A DNA stretch of 64,000 nucleotides from Lepidodermella squamata (GCA_047495785.1 JBLDXI010000009.1:1364001-1428000); one strand, 5' to 3'. Shown: positions 40,245 through 53,180, counted from the first letter of the stretch. Notes: generated from the sequence alone by a model not told the origin. Numbers and translations: made by a program.

Positions 40245-41893
40245 ATGCTACTCGAAATTTTAGCAGGCATAGTTGCCTTGATTTGTATCGGCTCAAGGCG
40301 ATATATTTTTGATTGGCTACGCTGGAAGAAGCTTCCTCCTGGTCCTATGCCTGTTCCATTTCTTGGTAAATTGACTTTCTAGAAGTATCAAATACCTATG
40401 TCCTATGTTGCCTGTCATTATATAGGAACATTACCTGTCTTGACCAAACTCGCGAAGAAAGGAATAAAACTGCAATGGCTGAGAATGGATGTGTTATCGC
40501 AGACCTACGGCAAAATATTTACTATGTATCCTGGGCAGATACGAATGATTGTCCTGAATGATGCTGACGTCATCCAGGAAGCCCTGGTACTGCAAGCCAG
40601 CACTTACGCAGCTCGCCCTCCCACAATCATCCGCGAGAAATCAGGCATCGGAGTCGCCAATGCTTCTGGCGAGGAGTGGCGTACTAGAAGGTCAGATTTT
40701 CAAAAAATAACCACATCCTCATCTCATTTCAAGATCTACTCCCCAGGCGGTTCGTCATGCGATCAATGCGAGAGTTCGGTATGGGTAGGGCTAACATTGT
40801 CGAGAAACTGCATGAGGAAGCTGCGTTCTTCATGCAAGAAATCGACAATCGCGCCGGCCAGCCATTTGTGCCCAATATCTTACTGGGCAATGTTATTTCC
40901 AACGTCATTTGCTCGATCGTTTTCGGCAAACGCTTCGACTACGACAGCGTGTTTTTCAAAGCTCTCATTGCTAAGACTAACAAATTATTCGCGACCTCGC
41001 CAGGTAGTGACCCTACTCACCTAATATTTCCAGTTGCTCAGCTCTTCTACGTGCCTAAAATCGTGAGTCTTTTTGATTATTCGAAAACTTATTTTATACC
41101 ATGTAATATTAAGGTAAGAGTGGTCAATGAGACCCTCGATATAATTAACGGGATGATGCATCAATCGATTGAAGAGCACCGCAAAACCTTTTCGCCAGAC
41201 CACATTCGAGACTTCGCAGACCTGTACATCGACGCTGAACTAAAGGGAGAAGGCGTGATGACCGTTGAAGAGTACTCTCGAGTAATGTTGGACGTTTTTC
41301 TCGCCGGAACTGAGACGACAGCAACAGCTCTAAACTGGACGCTTATTTGGTTTTGTAAACACCCTGAAATTCAAGAAAAAGCCATCGCAGCTGTTGATGC
41401 CGTCATGGGGGCAACTGACAGACTGCCGACCCTAGACGATCGGCCAGAGTTGGCCTACATTGAAGCGGTTATGTTTGAAGCCCTGAGACACCCTACTGTC
41501 GGGCCTCAAGCTCTGCCGCACGCAACCGCCGAGGATTCGACGCTTCGAGGCTACGACATTCCGGCAAAAACGTTAATCTATACCAACGTCTATGCTGTTC
41601 ACCACGACGAAGCGTACTGGATAGATCCTTACGTATTCCGCCCTGAGCGTTGGCTTGACGATAGCGGAAAGCTGATAAGCCACGGCCACCATTTCATGCC
41701 GTTCGGCTCTGGCCCGCGTATCTGTCTAGGAGACTCGCTGGCTCGTGTTGAGTACTTTATATTTCTAGTTTCTTTGCTGCAACGATTCTCCTTCTCGTTC
41801 CCGCCGGGCGAAGATGTCGACATAACTGCAGGCACGGGTGGTATCGCATATGCTCCACCTAAATACAACCTATTGGCTACTCGTCGATCATAA
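40245..41893 (+). CDS. CYP2-clan P450 (gene O); introns 40366-40425, 40691-40746, 41063-41113
   Basis: All motifs present; TATATAAAA at 40158. Confidence 0.92.
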
Positions 41894-42162
41894 ACAATAG
41901 TATTTCTTTGTAATATCACAGATTGTTGTATAGAAGTAAAAAATTACTTGAAAATTCGGCCATTCCGTGTCCATATTCCGGTCCATTTTACTGAAACTGA
42001 TAAAAAACCACATGTCCTTAGTCGTGGAAAACTTATCTGAAAATAAAGGGCGCAATTTTTATCAAACGAAAGATGTTATGAACTTTGGATCCACGAATGA
42101 GACTGGGTCATTAATTGCATTAATTATCATTTATAGCATTAATTTTACTTGATTCAGCCAAC

Positions 42163-43802
42163 ATGCTTCTGTATGTCGCGGCTGGTATTGCTGTTCTACT
42201 GTTGATAGGGTCCAGGAATTACATCAAGGATTGGTTATTTCGTAAAAAGCTTCCACCAGGGCCGCGGCCTGTCCCATTTCTCGGTAGTTCTCGCCGATTC
42301 CCCCAAAAGTGACATCAATTTTTTGTTAAAGGAACTCTTCCGTTGCTGGCTAGGCAGGCTCGACGTGGCATTAAACTGCAATGGCATAGAATGAACGAAC
42401 TTTCTGAGACTTACGGCAAAGTGTTCACAATTTACGCCGGACAACAGCGGATGATAGTATTGAATGATGCCGATATTATTCAGGAGGCTCTAGTTGACCA
42501 GGGCGCAATTTTTTCTGGGCGCCGCGGCCTACTCGTTCCTGATCCATCTGGTTTCGACGGCATTGGAAGCGCGAGCGGCGAACCATGGCGAGTAAGAAGG
42601 TTGTTCTATAACTGATTTCTGAGCTTTGATGAGAGTCCATCTTCGAAAAATAGGCGATTTGTTATGAGATCTATGCGAGAATTCGGAATGGGACGCGCGC
42701 ATATTATCGAGAAGCTGCACGATGAAGCGTCGATTTTTATCCAGGAAATCGACGGTCGCTCCGGAAAACCATTTGTACCCCACATCTTACTGGGCAACGT
42801 TGTCTCCAATATCATTTGTTCGATCGTGTTTGGCAAGCGATTCGACTACAGCAACGAGTTTTTCAAAGATGTCATCGCCAAATCCACAGCCCTTTTCACA
42901 ACATCGCCTTTAAGTGACATGATCAACTTCATTTTCCCCATCACCATCGGTATCCATGTTTCTAAGATTGTAATTATTTCCTCTCACAATTTCTGCATTA
43001 TAATCTAAAAAATTTCTTTCAGACAAAAATGCAGGATGGCCTATTCGTGTTGTTTTATGATATGATGCAGCAATCGATTGAGGAGCACCGAAATTCCTTC
43101 TCGCCAGACCACATTCGAGATTTTGCCGATCTGTACATTGACGCCGAACTCAAGGGAGAAGACGTGATGACTATCAAAGAGTACTCGCGTGTTATGCTGG
43201 ATGTTTTTCTCGCCGGAACGGAAACAACATCGACCGCTCTAAACTGGACCTTGGTTTGGCTAAGCTTAAGGCCTGACATTCAGGCGAAAGCAATAGCGGC
43301 GATTGATGCTGTCCTTGGAGCGAGTGATAGACTGCCCACCCTTGAAGATCGACCAGAGTTGGCATACATTGACGCGATTATGTTCGAAGTCCTGAGACAC
43401 CCTACTGTCGGCCCTCAGAGCCTGCCCCATGTTACAATGGGTGACGCTGAGCTTAGAGGCTTTGATATCCCAGATAGAACCCTGATTTACACGAATGTTT
43501 ATTCTGTTCACCACGATGAAGCCTACTGGAAAGATCCTTACGAATTCCGCCCCGAAAGGTGGCTGGACGCAAACGGGAATTTGATTAACCATGGCCATCA
43601 TTTCATTCCGTTCGGCACTGGGCCAAGAATATGCCTCGGTGACTCGCTCGCCAAGGTCGAGTATTTCATTTTCCTTGTTTCTTTACTCCAACGGTTTTCG
43701 CTCTCGTTTGCCGAAGGACAAACAGTCGATATCACGGCAGGTACCGGGGGCATAGCCTACGCTCCTCCCCAGTACAAGGTCGTGGCCACTCGTCGCTCAT
43801 GA
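42163..43802 (+). CDS. CYP2-clan P450 (gene P); introns 42284-42331, 42600-42653, 42970-43022
   Basis: All motifs present; close paralog of O. Confidence 0.92.
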
Positions 43803-44266
43803 GTATCATAGCAGCATTAACTATTTACCCTATTGAAAATTGAAAATTGATGAGAGAGAAAACCTTTTATTGGTATACTGTGTTATCAGTAAAATTATCA
43901 AAGCCATACTCTAACGCAATATTATGTCGGACAAGGTCGTGGTCTAGCTACCAGATAAATATGTGGCTTCAAGATGCGAATTCCAGTTTTTCACTAACAG
44001 CAAGAAATTATGTAAACACTTCACCGTTCACGATTTACTGATCCAGCTGATTTCGGACAAAAATAAGGAGAGACGATTTGACTATTTAATAATCAACATC
44101 TAGCAAGATTTCAAATATCACCGGGTTATTGACATATGGTATATAGTAACAAGATTTGGTAAGTCGCATGGAACTAAACAGTTTAAATTAAGAATCGAAT
44201 TGAAAATTGCTCATATCAACCTGCATCATCTCCACCAGCTTTTGCTCCAAGAAACTAGCTGCGAAC

Positions 44267-45765
44267 TCACGGGTCAAACGGGGTTTTCGGCTCATTCTTC
44301 ATGATGTTATTGATCCACGGAATGTGGTAGGAAATCGAAGTGTACATGCCAGGAACGCCTTGGAGAAAACATTGGTGATGCATTGGTCACATGAGTGAAA
44401 ATTACCACGAGAGGCGCATTTGCTGGCTCCATAAGAGACAGCTCCAGCAAGGATCCACTTCCCAGCTACCCCTTTCTCCGCAGCAATTTTGTTTGATTTA
44501 GGTAGCTTGCAAATCAAAGGTCCACCGCTAAAAACATAGAATTCAACGTAAAAGCCTACATTAGTTTTCCAGCTAACCTGTCACCGAGACAGGTATCTTT
44601 TTTAAAGTCTTCGGAGATGGCGCAGATGATCTTGCCGTCCTTCATGTGGTCCCTCATGTGCCAGATTTTGGCGCACTGGTCTATGTCGAACACTGGGATT
44701 TCGATCTCAAGTGCAACGTCACTGCCTTTTCCTAATACATTTTGTGAAATATAAATGTTCAGATAAAAAGTCATCACACCTTGCTCAGTACGACCCCAAC
44801 CGGCTGAAATTCATTAAGGATTTTAAAGTCAGCGGGAATTTAATGTTTTTGATAAAGTCACCGGCAATGCACCTTGTTCCAGTCGGATATTCGAGGCCAT
44901 GTGGGGGCAACGGCGGGATCAGAGCGTGCAAGTCCTTCTTGATTGGTCGCTTCAGCTTCAACAAAGCAATGTCCCATCCGTTACCGATATTAGAAGCTAA
45001 AAAAATGATTTCGAATGCGATCAGCTTATACAAACACTCGAAAGTCCATTTGAGTTGCGTTTGCTGATTGGTCAATCGATCGTGAATATGGCTCCATCAT
45101 GAATCATTCGGTCGTGCGATCAGTTAAATCTTTTGCAACAAGAGATTTTACCGCAGTAGTTGACGAAGATTGTTAGTGCGTAGTCATTGGAAACCATGCA
45201 ACTATGCAAGGTCATGTTTTTCGTTCAAATTTATTAGTGGATTGCGCGGTCGAATGTTTCACGCCGGAGTCATAGTAACGGCCGATTGACAAATCAACGT
45301 GCATGGCGGTGCCGCAATGAATGACAAAAACTAACCGTTGACATTTTCGTGAGCCCAGAACTTTTCGACCTCAATATCTTCAACTAAGTGGTTTTGAGCG
45401 GCCGTCGACATGCGATGAGCTCCAACACGAACGACCAGCTCATCGACTGGAATACGTTTGGTCATGTTTCTGACGACGCAGTGCGCAGCGGTGAGAATCC
45501 ATTGGTCGGCAATCAGCGATGCGCCGCAAGCGTAGTGGTACTTGCGACCTGCCTGACGGCTGTTGGATTCGCTGCGTATATCCAGCATGCCGCGGGGCTT
45601 TAGCAAAGCCGCCATAAATTTCCAAGACTCCTCATCGGTTTCAACACCGTGCACAATGCGGAGATCGAATTTCTTGCCACTGCGACTATCCGGATCATTT
45701 TCGACAGGGAAATCGCACAGTAGGCCAGAGGCTAGAATACCGATGACGAATAAGTTCAACATCAT
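44267..45765 (-). CDS. Secreted trypsin-like (S1A) serine protease 1, multi-exon
   Basis: Signal peptide, R|IVHG activation site, LTAAHC, DIALLKL, DTCLGDSGGPL (Ser codon split by an intron), Asp189, PGMYTS. Confidence 0.88.
45035..45305. mobile_element. Diverged copy, in opposite orientation, of the MITE at 50757-51085; lies in protease 1 intron 1
   Basis: Collinear matches to the reverse complement of 50757-51085 (ATTGGTCAATCGATCGT, TTTTGCAACAAG, TGGAAACC, ATTTATTAGTGGAT, GTCATAG). Confidence 0.75.
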
Positions 45766-46204
45766 GGTGAAAATATTCAAGTATTCACACAATGATTAAC
45801 CAATGCTGATAAAAAAAAATGAAGTTTTTTCTTTCTTTTCCTTTACGCATTTGAACACCTGCCAATCGCCGATGTTTTTTTGTTTCCGTAGTATATGCAT
45901 AGTATTGTCTTCGTATTAACCCTTTGTACGACGCACGGTAAAAACGACAGAAACGCACGATAGAAAGGCATCTGTCTTTCGGGAAGAAAGAAATTCGCCA
46001 AATTATTGAGGTAAAAAAAATCTTCATCACGATCACATCGAACATCGACAATCTGCATGCTAATAATCCGATGCGTTATTGGCGAAGCCCCCGACGCGCT
46101 CGGAGACTTTTGTTCACATGCAATAATCCAAATACCCTTCGCAGCTCCCGTTGAACAGTTCAGGTTCCGAAGATGCGCCTTGCGCCTTGATTTCATAATG
46201 GCTA

Positions 46205-46372
46205 CCCGTAGCAGCATTTTCCACTTTTATAATTTATTATGCAAATGAGCTTGAAAAATACAAGAAACAAGATTTTTTCCTCGAACCTTTTGCTGGCAAA
46301 TTTTTCTTGTATCCTGTTTTTCTCAAACTCATTTGCATAATTAATTATAAAAGTGGAAAATGTTGCTACGGG
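46205..46372. mobile_element. 168-bp palindromic (foldback) MITE, TA-flanked
   Basis: Arms of ~70 bp: CCCGTAGCAGCATTTTCCACTTTTATAATT... / ...AATTATAAAAGTGGAAAATGTTGCTACGGG; TA on both sides. Confidence 0.9.
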
Positions 46373-46769
46373 TATGACTGCCAAGGTAGAGGAGAAATTC
46401 ATGTTCAAAACCTAAAGTGTCCGGAACCTTGTATGAAATAATGTCTGAAATCCACCGACATATTGTTTGTCGGCTTATTTAATCTGATAACCCCTCAATA
46501 CGACGCGAAATGATAGCGTGGTGAATCCTTATCAATTTGCTGCACTGACAACCCAAAGAATTCCACTGCTAGACAAAAAAAAGAGATTAAAAATGGCGAA
46601 ATGAATTCCGGTGCCGCGAAATATAGTTCTGCCCACATCCACGGGCATCATTTTTACCCCATCGAGTACTGCTTAACTCGGCAAGATAAGAAACTCGAGC
46701 AAATTCCCGCCGCTGCAATTTTTGTTGTTATTATTTCCTTCTCATCCTTAATTTTGCGTACTAATAACG

Positions 46770-48411
46770 ATGGTACTATTGTATGTTGCGGCCGGTTTTG
46801 TTGCTTTGATTCTCATTGGATCTAAAGTTTACATTTATGATCGTATCAAATATCGGCGACTACCCCCCGGCCCTATGCCTGTTCCTTTCCTTGGTAAAAG
46901 CTCGAAATATCAAATGAAGTAGCTTCAAAACACCCTTTCACAGGAACTTTGCCTGTCATGTCGAGATTCAATAAAAGAGGCATTCGACAGCATTGGAAAA
47001 TATTTGAAAAACTCTCGGAAACCTACGGCGATATTTTGACAATGTACCTCGGCCAAAGAAGAATGATAGTTATCATGAACGCGGATGCTGTTCAAGAAGC
47101 TCTTGTTAACCAGCCTGAAGCGTTCTCTGGCAAACCTTCCGTAGTAGCTACCGATCATTCAGGGATCGGAATTGGCCAGTCTAATGGTGAGGAGTGGCAG
47201 TCGCGAAGGTTAAAAATCACTTACTTTAAGTGGCAGCATTTCAAAAGTAAAATTGATTATAGGCGATTCATCATGAGGTCGATGCGCGACTTCGGCATGG
47301 GCAGAGCTAACATTGTCGAGCTAATCCACGACGAATGCAGCTATATCGTGAACGAAATCGACCAACGCTGTGGAAAGCCCTTCGAACATCATACTTTGTT
47401 GGGAAACGTTATATCTAACGTCATTTGCTCCATGATATTCGGCAAACGCTTCGACTACAACGACGAGTTTTTCGAGACACTAATTCGAAAAGCAACCGCT
47501 ATATTTTCCAGTTCACCGTATGGAAATAGCATCAACCTTATCCTTCCTATAACTCACGAACTGATGGTACCACACATCGTGAGTTTCACTGATAACTTCA
47601 AAATTGTATAAGCCTAAGACTATTCTAATAGCAAAGGAAAGCTGTGGATCTCCATGAACATATTCATGCAATGATGGTTCAAGCGATCGATGAGCACCGC
47701 AAGTCGTTCTCGCCGGATCACATTCGCGACTTCGCCGACCTCTATTTGGACGCCGAGCTGTCTGGTGAACAAATTATGACTCAACGGGAATATTCCCGCG
47801 TCATGTTAGATTTATTCTTGGCCGGAACTGAAACAACCTCAAGCACTTTGAACTGGACACTACTTTGGTTGTGCATGCTGCCGGAAATACAGGATAAGGC
47901 TCATCGAGTTGTTGACGCGGCTATGGGAGACGGCAATCGCTTTCCTACGCTCGATGATAGGCCTCAACTGGTTTACATTGAAGCTTTGATGAGCGAGGCC
48001 CTTAGACACCCTACTTTATCACCGCAAAGTGTTCTTCACGCCACCACGCAAGATGCAAAACTCTGCGGCTATGACATCCCAGCGAAATCATTTATCTACA
48101 CCAACAACTACACCATCCACCATGACCCGTCATACTGGAAAGATCCAGACACGTTTGATCCTGAGCGGTGGTTAGATGAGAATGGCAAGTTGATCAATCA
48201 TGGGCACCATTTTCGCCCGTTCGGTTCTGGGCCCCGTGTTTGCCTTGGCGAGTCCCTGGCTCGAGTGGAATACCTCATCTTTCTAGTGTCTCTTCTGCAA
48301 CGGTTTTCGTTCAAGTTTGGACCTGAAGAAAATGTCGATTTAGATGCTGGCTTTGTCGGCCTGGGTTACATTCCACCGGTTTACAAAATTGTTGCGACTC
48401 GAAGGGGATAA
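46770..48411 (+). CDS. CYP2-clan P450 (gene Q); introns 46894-46943, 47209-47262, 47579-47631
   Basis: All motifs present; same intron set as O and P. Confidence 0.92.
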
Positions 48412-48582
48412 GGATTGTATGTGGCATTTACTTTATCCTACTATTGATTTGTCTTTATGCTTAATAAATTGCTTCCGATTAATGTAGAACTCTTAACCCT
48501 TTATAGGAATTTACTTTGTTCAGGAAAGCGCTGGAAAAGTATAGTGTAAGGCTTCACCGGGAATTATTTGATAGTCGGAAAT

Positions 48583-49819
48583 TTAAGCATTATTTTTCAT
48601 GACTTCCTTGATCCAAGGAAGATGGTATGAAATTGACGAGTACATGCCAGGCATTCCTATTCGAGAAAAAATAGTTAATATTAAATTATTTATCCAGCTT
48701 AAATTCTCACCCCACTCAGCACACTTTGCACTTCCGAACGAAACAGCGCCAGACAAAACCCATTGACCTGCTACTCCACTTGCAATAGCTGCCGGGTCAT
48801 CCTTTGGCATTTTGCAAACCAATGGGCCGCCACTGAAATTAGGTTTAAAATCAAGCGTAAGTTAATTCCTATAATGTATACCTGTCGCCAAAGCAGGTGT
48901 CCCTAGTGAAATCAGGAGCAATGGCACAAATGATTTTTCCATCCTGAGCTGATTTGTGCAGGTACCAAACCTTGGCGCAGTCTTCCATATTGTAGACAGG
49001 AATGTCAACTTCTTTCGGCAAATCGCTGGGCCAGCCTAATTAAATTTAATTACTAATTAAAGGGTAATACTATTAGGGAATGAAAGTTTACCGCTTTCAG
49101 TAGTTCCCCACCCGGCAGCGAGGCACTCCGTTCCAGGAGGGTAGTTAAGACCAGCTGGAGGAAGAGGAGCGATAGCGGTAGTAGGAGACAGGTTTACAGG
49201 ACGCTTCAGCTTGATCAGTCCGATATCGTTGCCCTTCACCAAATGATTAGCTGGAAAAAAGCAATAAATTTGATTAAGGATTAGGAATGAAATTAGTGGG
49301 CTTACTGTTGAACTTGGGATGCACGAATATCGCCTCGATCTCGACATCGTCGACATTGGCGTTTTCGCTAGCATTCGACATTTGATAGGCCCCAACGCGG
49401 ACGATAGCATCAGCCTCGTTAATCACTTCATTGTCGCCGTCGACGAGGCAATGTCCCGCCGTGAGAATCCACTGAGGGTCAATTAGCGAGCCACCGCAAG
49501 CCAAGTTGAATTTTTCGTCCTTCTCGCGAGCAGCAGAGGCACTACGGCGCATCGATAGGCGGCCCTCCCCGTCAGGCTTCAACAAACCAGCCATGAAGCG
49601 CCACGAATCAGCATCGGCTTCAACTCCGTTGATAACACGGCGTTGCAGACTGTTCAAGTTGCGCGTTGATGATTCAGATTTGTTGTTAGGACGGGTGCTT
49701 GGGCTATAGGCGAAGCTGTCAGCGTTGAACCAGTTCGGAAGGTCGCTATCATTTTCAATCGGAAAATCAGCTAAAACACCAGCGACGAAGAGAGTCGCAG
49801 TAAAAACGGTGATAAACAT
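48583..49819 (-). CDS. Secreted trypsin-like serine protease 2 (more divergent, longer propeptide)
   Basis: R|VING, LTAGHC, NDIGLIKL, DTCFGDSGGPL, GMPGMYSS. Confidence 0.9.
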
Positions 49820-50458
49820 CAAATCCTTATAAGCCGAAAGTGTGTCTTGAAAATGATAAAAAAAATCAGCTAATATGACAAGATGTATCAGCGCTCCGCA
49901 ACCACCGCGCTCTCAGTTTCTTCAGCTGCCCGACGTCATCAAAACCCACGCCATTTCGCTACATTATTATTTGCTTCCCACGATTACGGCTTGGTATTTG
50001 GCAAAGGTCGCGGTGTATGGTGAACTCCCGCTCCAATTTGCGAATTCCTATTTTCCACACGCCAATCTCGCCATTTAATTGTGACGCATTACCGAGTTGT
50101 GGCAGTTTTGACCAACAGCGAGGCTGTTTCATCATTAAGTTGAAAGTCGAGTATTTACCTTAATATTTTACTGCAATAATGTATAACTGTAGATTAATGA
50201 TCACCTTATGAGAACTATTTTGAGGAAAATTATAGAGTTCAGATAAATAGAGGTTCAAGTGTCGGATAGTAGGTTTCTTATTAATTGGAAAGTTTTGATT
50301 CAGCATAATTTCAAATATCACCGGAACATGGAAAAATATTAGAAAGATTGCTTAAGCTGCACCGGATATTAAAGAATAATCAAGACTCGAAATAAAAATT
50401 GCTCATATCAGCTTGCATCTTCTCCACCAGCTTTTGCTCCAAGAATCAAGCTGCGAAC

Positions 50459-52005
50459 TCACGGGTCGAACTGCGTTTTCGGCTCATTCTCCATGATGTT
50501 TTTTATCCACGGAATGTGGTAGGAAACCGAAGTGTACATGCCAGGAACACCTTGGAAAACATTGTGATTAGAAAATTGACAGATCTGATTAATAAAATTA
50601 CCACGAGAGGCGCATTTGGGCGCTCCATAAGAAACAGCTCCCGCCAAGATCCACTTGCCAGCTACTCCTTTCTCCACGGCAATTTTGTTAGATTTGGGTA
50701 GCTTGCAAATCAAAGGTCCACCGCTAAAAAAAACAACGGTGGATTTTAATTCACGACATTGTGGAACCACTAAAAAGTTGAACTTTGGCGCGCGCGCTGA
50801 TTGGTCGGTTTATTGTTGCTATGACCCCGGGATGAAACATTTCTGTCATGCGATCCACTAATAAATTATTTTATATTTATGTAAAAAATGACCTTGCCAC
50901 ACCCTCTGCACGGTTTCCATTGACCACGAGCGTAAACTCCATATTAATCGTGGCAAATTACCGCAGCAAAAAACACTTGTTGCAAAACTTTTATGGATCG
51001 CACGTTTCATCCGGGAGTCATAGCTACGATCGATTGACCAATAGGCGTGCGCGTCAAGATTGGACTTTTGAGTGGTTCCACAATGGACTTGATTTTTCAG
51101 CGAACCTATCACCGATGCAGGTATCCCTTTCGAAGTCCTCGGAGATTGCGCAGATGATTTTGCCGTCCTTCATGTGGTCCCTGAAGTGCCAGACTTTTGC
51201 GCACTGGTCAATACTGAACACTGGGATTTCGACCTCACGCACAACGTCACTGCCTTTTCCTATATTTCCAATCTAAGTTTTTACATTATTTGATAAAAGT
51301 AATCTCTATACCTATCTCAGTGCGACCCCAACCGGCTGAAAATTATTCAGGATTAAAGTCCGGGATTTCATTTTCCGCAAAAAACTCACCGGCAATGCAC
51401 TTTGTTCCAGTTGGGTATTCGAGACCGTGTGGGGGCAACGGCGAGATCAGAGCGTGCAAGTTCTTGTTGATAGGTCGCTTCAGCTTCAACAAAGCAATGT
51501 CCCATCCGTTACCCAAATGAGAAGCTAAACAAATAATGACGAATTAACTCTGCTATCTTCCATGACAAAACTGACTATTGACATTCTCGTGAGCCCAGAA
51601 CTTTTCGACCTCGATATCTTCAACTAAGGGGCTTTTGGCAGCTGTGGACATGCGATGAGCCCCAACCCGGACGACCATATTATCGACTGGCTCACGCTTG
51701 GTCATGTTTCTGACGACGCAGTGCGCAGCGGTGAGAACCCATTGGTCGGCGATCAGCGATCCGCCACAAGCGTAGTGGTACTTGCTACCCGCCTGACGGC
51801 CGTTGGATTCGCTGCGTATATCCAACATGCCGCGGGGCTTCAGCAAAGCCGCCATAAATTTCCATGAGTCTTCATCGGATTCAACGCCGTGGATAACGCG
51901 ACGGTCGAATTTGTGGCCATTTCGACTATCTACGTCATTTTCGACAGGGAAATCGCACAGTGAGCCTGAGGCTAGAATACCGATGACGAATAATTTCAAA
52001 AACAT
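50459..52005 (-). CDS. Secreted trypsin-like serine protease 3
   Basis: R|VIHG, LTAAHC, DIALLKL, DTCIGDSGGPL. Confidence 0.88.
50757..51085. mobile_element. 329-bp MITE with CATTGTGGAACCACT TIRs and a 2-bp (GA) TSD, in a protease 3 intron
   Basis: Clear TIRs; the empty site AATTCAAGACTTGAT is visible in the paralogous intron at ~60766-60780. Confidence 0.88.
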
Positions 52006-52271
52006 GGTGAGAAAATTTGAGTATTTAAGAGATAACAATGCTATGAAGCTTTTCCTTTCTTTTCTCTAACGCGCATCCGCCAGTGGTATTTGATCACCTG
52101 CCATTCGCCGTTAGTTTTGTTCCTCCATTTTAACTTACAGAAATTGGCGATGACTCGTCGCATGCGAACTACAACCTTTCCGCGTTTAACCAAGCCATTA
52201 TTCATCTCCATATTTCGATCGATAGTCGATAGTTAGAACTGTTAAAAAAATGATTTGATGATAACCGCTCT

Positions 52272-53180
52272 TTTAATCGAATTTTCTTCTATCATAAAAT
52301 CATAAAATGTGTGGTAATTCCTACCGTCACCTACGCCTGTGAAACCTGGATCCAAGGTTAAATGTCACTTTCATGCGCTGGCTCAGAACCATTATGGGAT
52401 TTTTTAGAACAGATTATATTAGATATTAGATTGATCTGTGACGTTTTGGAATTAAGTAAAATGATTGAAAAGCATCGTTTGAAATATTTCGGGCACATTA
52501 TTCGCCAAGACGAGTATGAAGCTGAAAGTCTCACGAATGCCATATATCATTGGAAAGCGGTCGACCCGAGTTGGTACTTGCCTCGCGGTAAACCGCCAAC
52601 CCGCTGGACCGATAGCTTGAAAAGGAGTCTTCTTAAAATTGGGTTGTTCGATATTCATGTGAAATATATTAAAAACCCAAACGAGCTAGTTAGACGCGGG
52701 AGACCTCGTGAATCGACCCTGTTAATGCGACGCACTGAAATTCACAAAATTGCGGATCTAGAATTAGCGGAAATAACTGCCAGAGATCGGGATGAATGGC
52801 AATTAGTGTGCAATAGCATCGAAAATTATGAATTTTTGGGCAAAAGCAGGTTGTTCGCGACCGATCTGTCGGCCCCTGAAGCCGATCGACTGTCGTCAGC
52901 CGTCCCCTAAACCCTCACGGGTAAGGCCTTTTTTTCTACTCTCTAATATTAACATCACATGCCTACGGAGGACGAAAAATAAAACTGATTCATTTGGTCA
53001 TTTGGTCATAAAATCCAAAAATGTCGGCGGCACGTGGGTGTTGTTGTGACTGCCCAATTCCAAATCAGCATATGGTACTGCATGAAGCCAATTGTTTGAT
53101 GCGGGTTTATTTTCGGGCAAGCCTTCGCCCTAGTCATCTAGCATAAAATCGGAAGCGCTTTTGACAAATAATGGAACCAA
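52272..53180 (-). pseudogene. Decayed 3' remnant of a P450 paralogous to gene R, interrupted by a LINE
   Basis: ADLELGSHNNTHVPPTF at ~53020-53070 versus VDLESGSHNITHVPPKF in gene R; 52271-52300 matches 61941-61970. Confidence 0.75.
52311..53005 (+). mobile_element. 5'-truncated RTE-clade LINE with a ~19-bp TSD
   Basis: PTVTYACETW, RLKYFGHIIR, RGKPPTRWTD, ARDRDEW; AATAAA at 52978 followed by a (CATTTGGT)2 tail; TSD TCATAAAATC(AT/CA)AAAATGT at 52292-52310 and 53006-53024. Confidence 0.88.

Noticed and set aside
5916-43601. Numerous antisense and alternate-frame ORFs over P450 exons
   Set aside because: They are shadow ORFs arising from codon bias and carry no independent motifs.
21627-43802. 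Operon or SL trans-splicing of the closely spaced P450s
   Set aside because: Some ATGs are preceded by acceptor-like pyrimidine-AG tracts (for example 15830-15842), but most genes have their own TATA box and spacers of 200 bp or more. Not supportable without 5' transcript data.
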